Below, one piece after another: positions 34,317-42,587 of a DNA stretch of 51,715 nt; position 1 is the stretch's first letter; the number at the start of each line of letters is the position of its first letter. The notes under the pieces are model-generated. The model did no database searches and was not told where the DNA came from. It saw nothing but the letters and a program-made list of their open reading frames with translations. Source of the DNA: Candidatus Omnitrophota bacterium (GTDB taxonomy: Bacteria > Omnitrophota > Gorgyraeia > 2-02-FULL-51-18); contig JACQQX010000029.1 of the NCBI GenBank assembly GCA_016206805.1, positions 1 through 51,715 of the forward strand, written 5' to 3'. The position numbers were made by a program, and so were the translations under genes.

Positions 34317-34634
34317 ATGCAAACCCTTCCATTCTATGCCTCGATAGGCCAGCGCATTCAAGCATTTAGGAAGAAAAAAGGTCTGACCCAGAAACAATTA
34401 GCCGATGCGACTAAGCTCAGTCGGACTTCTATTACTAATATAGAAAAAGGACGTCAGAAAATTTTAGTGCATACTTTGTTTGAGCTTGCTTCTGCTTTAG
34501 CAATAGAAGTACCCACCCTTTTTCCTGAAAAAGAAAACCCTAAAGGGTTATCAATGACATCAGAAAAAATCAAGAAGCTCCCAAAAGAGGAAAAAAATTG
34601 GGTCATGAAAATTAAAAGTAGAGAGGTGATCTGA
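34317..34634 (+). CDS. XRE-family helix-turn-helix transcriptional regulator
   Basis: HTH_3-type sequence IGQRIQAFRKKKGLTQKQLADATKLSRTSITNIEKGRQ. I prefer ATG 34317 (MQTLPF) over the track start at 34269. Confidence 0.85.
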   Translation: MQTLPFYASIGQRIQAFRKKKGLTQKQLADATKLSRTSITNIEKGRQKILVHTLFELASALAIEVPTLFPEKENPKGLSMTSEKIKKLPKEEKNWVMKIKSREVI

Positions 34635-35158
34635 TGGGTATTTCGCAGAAAAAAATCAGAGAAAAAACAGAAGATATTTTACGATGGGCAAAAATTAATG
34701 AGCCAGCGGTTCCTGTTGAAAAAATTGCGGAACAACTGAATCTCCAGATTATTTATGAACCGTTCGAAGGTACTTTGTCAGGTTGTGTGATCAGGGAAGA
34801 TGGCAAAGCGAGGATTGGCGTGAATTCAAACGACCATGAAAATAGACAGCGTTTTACAATTGCCCATGAAATAGGCCATTTTTTGCTACATGAAGGAGAA
34901 GAAGTATTTGTAGATCATGGATTTAGGATCAATCGCCGGGATGTAAATTCTAGTTTGGTCCAAGAACCGGAAGAAATAGAAGCGAATGATTTCGCGGCAG
35001 AATTATTAATGCCAGTAAAATTTATAAAACGAGATATTGAAGAGAAACAAATAGACCTTGAAAATGATAAGACGGTCCAAGCTTTAGCGAAGAAATACAA
35101 AGTTAGTGTGCGGGCTTTTAGTTATCGACTTGCGAATTTAGGTTACATTCTTGCGTAA
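34634..35158 (+). CDS. ImmA/IrrE-family (COG2856, DUF955) zinc metallopeptidase
   Basis: HEIGH motif in FTIAHEIGHFLLHEG, a downstream EANDFAAELLMP, and a TGATG overlap with the XRE gene. Confidence 0.85.
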   Translation: MGISQKKIREKTEDILRWAKINEPAVPVEKIAEQLNLQIIYEPFEGTLSGCVIREDGKARIGVNSNDHENRQRFTIAHEIGHFLLHEGEEVFVDHGFRINRRDVNSSLVQEPEEIEANDFAAELLMPVKFIKRDIEEKQIDLENDKTVQALAKKYKVSVRAFSYRLANLGYILA

Positions 35159-36281
35159 CTCACGGGTTATTAATTCTCCCTCGGTTGTGGGTTTATTTTC
35201 TGGATGTGGCGGTCTTGATCTTGGTTTTAAAAGGGCGGGTTATCAAACAATTTGGGCGAATGATATAGACCCTGATGCGTGTGAAACTTATAAAAAAAAT
35301 GTCGGTGAAAAGATTATAACAGGGGATATTTGGCAATTATTAAACAAAGTGCCAAAAGCAGACATAGTTATAGGTGGTCCTCCTTGTCAGGCTTTTTCTT
35401 TGGTTGGTAAAAGGCTAGAAAATGACCCTAGGGGCAGATTAGTTTTTGCTTTTTCAGAAATAATAGAACGCCTTAATCCTCGCGTTTTTGTTATGGAAAA
35501 CGTTCCTGGATTAGCAGCATCTGAAATTGATGGCAAACGGTTAACCCAAGTACTTGCTAAGAAATTTATGAGGGCTGGATATGAGGTTAAAATTTGTAAA
35601 TTAACAGCTACAGATTTTTTTGTACCTCAAAAACGTAGTCGGATTGTTATGCTTGGTTTTAGACCAAAGAAATCTTATAAACACCAATTTTTAACGCAAT
35701 TAGAATTTTCTTCAGTTTTGGGTGATAAAGATCTTTCAGCTCCTGTATCGGCTCACGAAGCCTTGGACGATTTACCACCACCCTCCTTAGAAAAATTTGT
35801 CGAATTAAGAAGTTATAAAAAAATGCCACATTCCCCTTATGCGCGTCTTATGAGGCAAACTTCTAATGGTAAAGTATCTCTCCAAGTTATGCCGACGATG
35901 TCGGACAAGGATAAAGAATTTGTCCGCCATATAAAACCGGGCGGTAATTACATGGATATTCCTAACTCTGTATCAACGCCACGTATTTTAAAATTCAAAA
36001 AAAGTGGGGGCCGAACAACTACTTATGGTCGTTTACATCCAAATAGGCCTGCATATACAATCAACACTTTTTTTAACAGGCCAAATGTAGGTGCTAATTA
36101 TCATTATTCTGAGGAACGTTTGATTACACCAAGAGAAGCATTACGACTTCAATCTTTCCACGACTCTTTTGAAGTGGTATATCGGTCACAAAGGAGTTTG
36201 CATATGCAAATAGGCAATGCTGTACCACCCTTAATGGCAAGGGCTATTGCAGAATCGATAAAAGGATACTTTAAGAATTGA
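35151..36281 (+). CDS. dcm: DNA (cytosine-5)-methyltransferase
   Basis: Motifs I FSGCGGLDLGF, IV PPCQAFS, VI ENV, VIII QKRSR and X QIGNAVPP. The start is uncertain (TTG 35151 or GTG 35187). Confidence 0.9.
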   Translation: MRNSRVINSPSVVGLFSGCGGLDLGFKRAGYQTIWANDIDPDACETYKKNVGEKIITGDIWQLLNKVPKADIVIGGPPCQAFSLVGKRLENDPRGRLVFAFSEIIERLNPRVFVMENVPGLAASEIDGKRLTQVLAKKFMRAGYEVKICKLTATDFFVPQKRSRIVMLGFRPKKSYKHQFLTQLEFSSVLGDKDLSAPVSAHEALDDLPPPSLEKFVELRSYKKMPHSPYARLMRQTSNGKVSLQVMPTMSDKDKEFVRHIKPGGNYMDIPNSVSTPRILKFKKSGGRTTTYGRLHPNRPAYTINTFFNRPNVGANYHYSEERLITPREALRLQSFHDSFEVVYRSQRSLHMQIGNAVPPLMARAIAESIKGYFKN

Positions 36282-37642
36282 TTGTAGAGAATCTAACAGA
36301 CATAAACCAACGTCCAGAGTTAGGCCAAGTGTGGACACCTGCCAATATTGCAGAGGCTATGGTTATCAGTGCCTTCAAAGAATATGGAGATTCTTTGCCA
36401 GAAACAGTGGTTGACCCAGCATGTGGACCAGCTACATTTGAAATCGCAATGCATCGAACTGGGTATATTCCTAACCAAATATTAGCAATAGATTGTGACA
36501 ACCAATTAGTAGGGTATACGGAAAAAGTAGCGAATGATTTACAATTACCCGTTATCGCCCATAAATCCGATTATTTGTTGATGTTTAAATTAAAGGGAAC
36601 AGCAGATATAGTGATTATGAACCCTCCTTATATTAGGCATGAAAACCTCTCAGATCAGATTAAAGGGCAGGTTTTTGAATATTTATCCGAAGAATTAGAT
36701 TTTTCCTTTGATCGTCGATCTAATTTGTATTGTTATTTTTTATTAAAGGCAATTTTAGATTTGAAAGTCGGTGGTGTGCTTTGTGCCATCGTATACGATT
36801 CATTAAAGAATACAATGTATGGTAAGAGAGTCTCTGAAATATTGAGGCAGTATACGGATTTAATATCTTCTCAAAATACTCTTGCCCCTTTTCAAAACGT
36901 CTTAGTCGATGCCCAAATCCTTATTTGCCGAAAACGCCTAGATAGGAATAAAAAAATAGACGAAAAGAACGAAGAAGTTTGTAAAAGGGGCCATACAAAG
37001 TTATCAGATTTACTTGTTATGCAGCGTGGTACGGCTATCCCTTTTAGGAAAGTATTTATAGCTAAACCGGAAGATCCTTATTTTGAAACCTCTCGGCCTT
37101 TTTTTGCAAAACAAAATAAGATAGATGGCCTTCTGCTCAATAAAGCACCGGAAAGGTGTTACATGGTTAATGATAACATTAACCCATTGGTTAAGCGGTG
37201 GATAAGAAATCGCCTCAAGGTTTTTGGGAAAGAAGTCAATTCAATAAATGTCCGTCCGGTTAAAGGGAAGATCCTTTTTAATTATTATGTTCGAAGCAGG
37301 CCGCGGCATTTATTTAACCCCACACAAATTCCTGTTTCGGATAATTTTTATGTATCTGAACCAATTAACGGGTTTCCAGCGGAGGCTGCATGGCTCCTAT
37401 TGAATAGTAGTGGTTACATAAAGCCTATATTGGAAGCGGGTAGGAGCCAGGGTAGCGGTTTAACGAAATTGCAACTTTTCGAATATAGAAATTCTATTGT
37501 TCCAGATTGGCGTTTGCTAACTTCCAAAAAAATAAATACAATCCAAACAGAAGCCGTTGGTTTATTAAAAAAAGCAACAAGTTTTGACAAAGTCCAAGAG
37601 TGCGCTAACCAGGCATATTCCGATGTTTCAAAACATTTTTAG
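36278..37642 (+). CDS. gamma-class N6-adenine DNA methyltransferase (Eco57I-M/TaqI-like)
   Basis: GQVWTP, DPACGPATF (motif I) and IMNPPYIRHE (motif IV), with a C-terminal recognition-type region. The TTG start overlaps the dcm stop. Confidence 0.8.
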   Translation: MIVENLTDINQRPELGQVWTPANIAEAMVISAFKEYGDSLPETVVDPACGPATFEIAMHRTGYIPNQILAIDCDNQLVGYTEKVANDLQLPVIAHKSDYLLMFKLKGTADIVIMNPPYIRHENLSDQIKGQVFEYLSEELDFSFDRRSNLYCYFLLKAILDLKVGGVLCAIVYDSLKNTMYGKRVSEILRQYTDLISSQNTLAPFQNVLVDAQILICRKRLDRNKKIDEKNEEVCKRGHTKLSDLLVMQRGTAIPFRKVFIAKPEDPYFETSRPFFAKQNKIDGLLLNKAPERCYMVNDNINPLVKRWIRNRLKVFGKEVNSINVRPVKGKILFNYYVRSRPRHLFNPTQIPVSDNFYVSEPINGFPAEAAWLLLNSSGYIKPILEAGRSQGSGLTKLQLFEYRNSIVPDWRLLTSKKINTIQTEAVGLLKKATSFDKVQECANQAYSDVSKHF

Positions 37643-37655
37643 GGCGCATTAAATA

Positions 37656-40277
37656 ATGTCTTCTATAACACCTGACCGCTTACCTTCATATACTGACGAC
37701 GAGATTGAGTATTTCCACCCGTTCTTTGAATTTGCTGGCCGCAAAGCCTTGCATTCTTCTGGCCTCGAATCATCAATTATTTTAGTCCACCATAAAGATA
37801 TCAATGGTATTACTGTTGATTTTTCATTTGAGAGAACAGAAAACAAAAGAATAGTCCTATTGGTAGAGATTAAACGTACCCCTGCTGCAATGTCGTCAAC
37901 CCGTTACAGATATCAAGCCCTAAGTTACCGAAAAGAGGCTGATGCTAATGCTGACACACCTTATTACGTTTTAACTAACCTTGAGAAAGCCGATATTTTT
38001 AAATACGATCCTAATAGACCAAGGGTTGCAAGCCAAATTATTTACGGCTCCCCATTTAATATCGGTAGTTTCCAAACTACGGCTTTACCTGAATTTTTAG
38101 TTAACTTAGAAAGGTTTATAAAAACATCTTTAGAAATAGCCCTGAATAATACCGGTGAATATGAAGAAAATTTAGATAAATTGAACGATGTTTTGATTAC
38201 CAATATTTCCTCTGCTGGCAATTGGCACAAAATTTTAATGCCTATATCTTACGAATATGTACGTGGCGCATCAATCCATTACCCCTCATTAAAAGCTCGT
38301 TTGAGAGAAGGGCATTGGGAAGTGGCAGACCGTTACAAGTCTCAGCCGTTAAGGTTGAGGGAAAAAGGGTCGTCGGTTGATTTTGAAAATATTTTTCGAG
38401 ACCCTTTACCAGACCCGGATCATCCTATTGCATTTGATAGGGATCTTTTACACAGTGGGCATATATCGGGTCAGCTAAGGGCAAATGGAGAGGACCTGGC
38501 TAGTTTAGTACAGGAATTAATCGAAAAACATAGCACGCTTCCCGATGGTCCTGGTATCGTAGAAACTGATGATGAATTGGCTCGTTTGCTTGCTATAAGT
38601 GCTTCTGATGCTCTTGATAGGCAGCTTATTCCAAATGACATAGTGTGCGACCCGGCAGCTGGAACGGGAAGGCTTTTAACGGCTGCACATTCTTTGATAT
38701 TCCAAAGTTTGGGGCCTCAGCAATGGTGGGCAAATGAAATTAACCCGTTTTTCTCAGAGCCACTTTGTTTAAGGTTGGGTTTGGATCATGCTAATGAATT
38801 GCGCCAAGGCAATGTTCCAAAAATTACAATTGCAGATATAGTGGATTTAGAACGTTCTGATTTTACAAATGTAAAAGTAATCCTAATGAATCCACCCTTC
38901 CTTTCCGGAATACAAGCCACAAATGAGAAAAGACGTTTTGCGCAAGCCATTGAAAGGGTAACAGGAAGCAGATCATTAGTTAATGCAGGTCAGATTGGAC
39001 TTGAGGCTCTTTTCCTGGAATTAGTTTGGGGGCTTGCTCCAGAAGATGCAGTTATAGCTTGCATCTTGCCTTTTCAAATTTTAATGAGGAAAAGCGATGA
39101 AATGCAATTGTTTAGGCGTTTTTTGGTTGAAAAATTTGGGTTAACACATTTAATCTCATATCCAAGAGAAGGTCTATTTGAAAGGGTAATGAAAAGGACA
39201 TTGATAGCAGTAGGTAGAAAAAATTTTGGTGGAACATCTGTTAAATGCATAGATGTAAGGATGCCGCTTGAACGAGTCGATTATCACGATTTACTTTCTG
39301 CGCTTCAAAATGCTAGGACCCAACTAGGTCGCGCTGCCACTTTAAAAATAACACCTAAACAAGAATTGCAAAATTCGATACCGAACGGGTGGGGGTTAGG
39401 GAGTGTGTTAGCACGGGCAAATGAATGGGTTGAAACAAATTTGTCAAATTTTAGGCAACTAGACAGAGTTGCTGCTGGCCTCAAGCGTGGTACGTCAGGC
39501 AACTCAGGTTGTTCGGATTTATCAGCTATTAAACCAAATGGTCCTATTTCTGCACTCCTCCCCTTAATCCCCCAAAACTGGCGTTGTCCGTCCATTAATA
39601 ATTCAGACGATTTTCCTAAAGTCCTTACTCAAGAAAACCCGCAAACATTATCCCCATTACTGCCTAATGAAGCTTGGACAACGGGTAGTTCCGAAAGTGC
39701 TACTTTGGATAAAATAATAAATGAATATCTAAGGATTAAAAGCGCGAGGCCTAACGCACGAGGAACTCAGGCGGTAGCTGAACGTAGCCTTGAGACGGCG
39801 CGCAGAGCAATTTATAGGGATGTAAAAATATTTTCAGCTAATTCGGTGCTAATCCCAAGGGCATCCCGTATTTTAGCAAGAATAGGTGTGTTACGAGATC
39901 CGTATGTTGTCTCAACGAATTTTATTGTGGTTAGTATGAACGACTTCGAAAACACCCTCTTAACCGCTAGTTGGCTATCGAGTGTTTTTTCACAAATCCA
40001 GATGGAAGCTTTAAATAATGATCAAGAAGGAATGCGAAAATTAGAAAAAAGACAAATTGCCCTTCTTCATATACCTGATTTTTCTAGGATGTCTAATGAG
40101 GAAAAACAATCAGCAACTCAGGCATTTCATAATGATCCACCGCTTAATTCACAACATCCAACACTAAGAAATTTAGATATGGTTTGGTTGAAATTAGCCT
40201 TCCCTGGGAAACCTAATAGTTTTTTAAACGACGCCTTTGCATTAATGGCAGATCTTTGCGAGGAAAGGTCTTCGTGA
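37656..40277 (+). CDS. type IIG-like fused restriction endonuclease / N6-adenine methyltransferase (873 aa)
   Basis: The N-terminus has a PD-(D/E)XK pattern, D55 ... E71-I-K73 (TVDFSFE...LLVEIKR), like HSDR_N-type nucleases. Methylase motifs CDPAAGTGRLL and LMNPPF follow, then a long C-terminal region. Confidence 0.7.
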   Translation: MSSITPDRLPSYTDDEIEYFHPFFEFAGRKALHSSGLESSIILVHHKDINGITVDFSFERTENKRIVLLVEIKRTPAAMSSTRYRYQALSYRKEADANADTPYYVLTNLEKADIFKYDPNRPRVASQIIYGSPFNIGSFQTTALPEFLVNLERFIKTSLEIALNNTGEYEENLDKLNDVLITNISSAGNWHKILMPISYEYVRGASIHYPSLKARLREGHWEVADRYKSQPLRLREKGSSVDFENIFRDPLPDPDHPIAFDRDLLHSGHISGQLRANGEDLASLVQELIEKHSTLPDGPGIVETDDELARLLAISASDALDRQLIPNDIVCDPAAGTGRLLTAAHSLIFQSLGPQQWWANEINPFFSEPLCLRLGLDHANELRQGNVPKITIADIVDLERSDFTNVKVILMNPPFLSGIQATNEKRRFAQAIERVTGSRSLVNAGQIGLEALFLELVWGLAPEDAVIACILPFQILMRKSDEMQLFRRFLVEKFGLTHLISYPREGLFERVMKRTLIAVGRKNFGGTSVKCIDVRMPLERVDYHDLLSALQNARTQLGRAATLKITPKQELQNSIPNGWGLGSVLARANEWVETNLSNFRQLDRVAAGLKRGTSGNSGCSDLSAIKPNGPISALLPLIPQNWRCPSINNSDDFPKVLTQENPQTLSPLLPNEAWTTGSSESATLDKIINEYLRIKSARPNARGTQAVAERSLETARRAIYRDVKIFSANSVLIPRASRILARIGVLRDPYVVSTNFIVVSMNDFENTLLTASWLSSVFSQIQMEALNNDQEGMRKLEKRQIALLHIPDFSRMSNEEKQSATQAFHNDPPLNSQHPTLRNLDMVWLKLAFPGKPNSFLNDAFALMADLCEERSS

Positions 40278-40558
40278 GATTGGGCCAATCTAAACAAACC
40301 ATTAACAAAAGATCTAAAAAAATAGTTAGCTATACTATGTCTTGCATTGGAAATGTGTCAGTTGTTGACAATTGACACGCTCTGTCTATCTTATATGGCA
40401 TCCCAGATCCGCCAAAAGAGACATGTTCAAAAAATTGAATTCCTCGGATAAAATTATCCGGCATTGCTCAGTTCTCTGGTGTAAACCGGACGCCGCCCCG
40501 CTGGGAAGCGTTGAGCTTATAGAATTCTGGCGCATCCCGTTTAGATATTGTCCACGCC

Positions 40559-40596
40559 CCCCCGCCAATTTAAAAAGTTGCCGGGGGTATTTTTTT
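40559..40596 (+). terminator. intrinsic terminator-like hairpin plus T-tract
   Basis: cccccgccaa (40559-40568) pairs with ttgccggggg (40578-40587) with one mismatch, followed by tattttttt. Confidence 0.45.
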
Positions 40597-40743
40597 GGAA
40601 TAGACTTGGAGCGATTGGCCAACGTGTCCATCCGGACTTATGTGTCAAGGGCGCGAATTAGGTTCAATTAGATGTATCAGGAGTTTAATTCCTTATACAC
40701 CAATGAGTTATGAATTTTGAATTAAATTAAAACTAAAGATATT

Positions 40744-41445
40744 ATGCAGATGAAACGATTCGTTATTGGTGACATTCATGGAGGCCACAAGGCTCTCGTA
40801 CAGTGTCTCAAGAGATCAAAATTTGATCCGGAGAAGGATCTATTGATCTCGCTTGGGGATATCTGTGACGGCTGGCCTGAAGTCAACAAAGTGATTGATG
40901 AGTTTTTGCGTATTAAGAATCTCAAGGTTATTCTGGGAAACCACGACGAATGGACCCTTCGCTGGATGAAAGACGGATGGATGGAAGATATCTGGACTAG
41001 CCAAGGCGGACTAGCAACAATGGAGTCCTACCAGCGCGACAGAGCCCGTGTTCCAAAATCTCATAAAAATATTTTACAATCAGCTTTGCTTTTCCTCGAG
41101 CTAGACAATAAATTATTCGTCCACGGCGGAGTCAATCCGGGTGTGGAACTGACGAAGCAGGACCCGCAGTTTCTCCTGTGGGACAGGGATTTACTGAATG
41201 ATGCTGTCCGGGTCAGCAAGAAGAGCCCCGATCATCGTTATGGAAAATGGGATGATATTTTTGTTGGGCACACCACGACGGAGGTTTACAAAACGCTGAA
41301 GCCGGTGCATGCTTGCAACATGTGGGCTTTGGACACTGGCGGCGGTTGGAGCGGCAAACTCACGATCATGGACATCGACAGCCATGAATACTGGCAGTCG
41401 GATCTTGTGCCGGATTTATATCCGCACATTCCTGGGCGGCGTTGA
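40744..41445 (+). CDS. metallophosphoesterase, lambda-phosphatase/PrpA-like Ser/Thr phosphatase
   Basis: GDIHG, GDICDGW, GNHDE and VGHT motifs in the canonical order. Confidence 0.8.
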   Translation: MQMKRFVIGDIHGGHKALVQCLKRSKFDPEKDLLISLGDICDGWPEVNKVIDEFLRIKNLKVILGNHDEWTLRWMKDGWMEDIWTSQGGLATMESYQRDRARVPKSHKNILQSALLFLELDNKLFVHGGVNPGVELTKQDPQFLLWDRDLLNDAVRVSKKSPDHRYGKWDDIFVGHTTTEVYKTLKPVHACNMWALDTGGGWSGKLTIMDIDSHEYWQSDLVPDLYPHIPGRR

Positions 41446-41602
41446 TCAAAGGCGAGGCGATTGCTCAACACCCGGCTGGATTGGATGGCGGATCCGTCCC
41501 GAAGCAGGACGCTTTGCATTGTTCGCTGGGGTCGCCATTCGGATGGCCCAAAGCGTCCGGTTAAACCGGATTGAAAGTCGGGTTGGCGGGGCGCTTTGTT
41601 AT

Positions 41603-41631
41603 TTGAAAAGTATTCCGCTCTGTGGTACACT
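41603..41631 (+). promoter_or_regulatory. candidate promoter TTGAAA-17-TACACT (TGn-extended -10) for the AbrB/PIN pair
   Basis: The -35 box is at 41603-41608 and the -10 box at 41626-41631, with TGG immediately upstream of the -10. Confidence 0.4.
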
Positions 41632-41674
41632 TTAGTAAGAAAGTAGGAATAAGTCAGAAAATAGGAGAAAAGTG

Positions 41675-41917
41675 ATGGTAACCCGAATGAGAGAGAAAGG
41701 GCAAGTGACGATCCCGATGAGCATACGAAAAGCGCTTCACCTTTCGAAGGATTCGATCTTGTCGGTGGCGAAGGTGGGCAATGGCATTTTCATCGCTCCT
41801 GGGCCTTCGAAGTTTGAAGCCTTTGCCAACAAGTTTTCGAAAGAGGCCGAGAAAAAAGGCATTACTCTGGAGGAGCTTCTGCGGGATCTAAGAAAAGTCC
41901 GCAAAGAAAAAACCTGA
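41675..41917 (+). CDS. AbrB/MazE/SpoVT-family antitoxin
   Basis: MREKGQVTIPMSIRKAL is a swapped-hairpin motif. An AGGAG ribosome-binding site lies 7 nt upstream of ATG 41675. TGATG overlap with the PIN gene. Confidence 0.75.
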   Translation: MVTRMREKGQVTIPMSIRKALHLSKDSILSVAKVGNGIFIAPGPSKFEAFANKFSKEAEKKGITLEELLRDLRKVRKEKT

Positions 41918-42381
41918 TGGGCGCTCCGCCATACAGGATTTTCTTTGATACCAGCGCATACATCGCCGGGTTACATTCGCCTGAGAGCGCGGCGCGGGAG
42001 CTTTTAAATATGGCGGCGTCGGAAACGATCGCCATGGTCGTTTCTGAAAAGGTTATCACGGAAATTGACCGCGTGATGACTAGAAAATTTCCCGATTTGG
42101 TTCAGGAAAGCCGGCAGATTTGGAAAAACCTGAAGCCGGAAGTTGTTCCAAATCCATCGACAAGCGCCGTCAAGCCCTTCTTGGAAAAGCTCGATAAAGC
42201 CGACGCCGCTATTTTGTGCTCCGCGCATTTGGCTAAAGTTTCGGCATTCGTGACCTGGAACACGCGTGACTTCATGGCGCATGGGATAAGCGCCCTTGTT
42301 GATTTCCCTATAGTGGTCCCGGCGAACGCGCTGAAGCTGTTCAGAAAATGGATAGAGCCGTTTTTAGATTACCATAATTAA
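41917..42381 (+). CDS. PIN-domain toxin (ribonuclease)
   Basis: FFDTSAY with an acidic residue, ADAAILCSA, and VTWNTRDF, typical of PIN toxins. Confidence 0.75.
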   Translation: MGAPPYRIFFDTSAYIAGLHSPESAARELLNMAASETIAMVVSEKVITEIDRVMTRKFPDLVQESRQIWKNLKPEVVPNPSTSAVKPFLEKLDKADAAILCSAHLAKVSAFVTWNTRDFMAHGISALVDFPIVVPANALKLFRKWIEPFLDYHN

Positions 42382-42514
42382 CCGTTTGCTGAAAAACCCC
42401 GTGTCATTTCGAAGTCGCCTCGGCGACTGAGAAATCTCGATCTGAAAAACGAGATCTCTCAGCCCATCCTGGGCTTCGAGATGACGACTTGGGGGTTTTT
42501 CAGCAGACTGTTAA
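42378..42514. mobile_element. 137-bp nested-palindrome MITE-like element with TTAA ends
   Basis: Outer inverted repeats are ttaaccgtttgctgaaaaacccc (42378-42400) and gggggtttttcagcagactgttaa (42491-42514), matching 21/23. Inner units are gtcatttcgaag...gagaaatc (42403-42436) and gagatctctc...cttcgagatgac (42451-42485). The centre is atctcg/cgagat. Confidence 0.75.
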
Positions 42515-42587
42515 TTTATGCGTACTCCCGACAGCGCCGTGGTGGCTTTGATTTGCGCGCTGTTTAACACAGCTTAACTCGATAATC

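Noticed and set aside
40372-40671. 99-aa plus-strand ORF and 81-aa minus-strand ORF (40386-40631) as real genes
   Set aside because: They are mutually overlapping on opposite strands. They lack a ribosome-binding site and recognisable motifs, and the plus-strand frame reads through a terminator-like hairpin.
33730-41450. Prophage or integrative element with intact mobility genes
   Set aside because: No integrase, excisionase, transposase, or capsid or tail genes are recognisable in any frame. Only regulatory and defence-type cargo is present.
41521-41537. Possible distal att copy (ttcgctggggtcgcc) marking the far end of the island
   Set aside because: Only about 11 of 15 positions match the tRNA 3' end. 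That is too weak to call without a genome-wide background.
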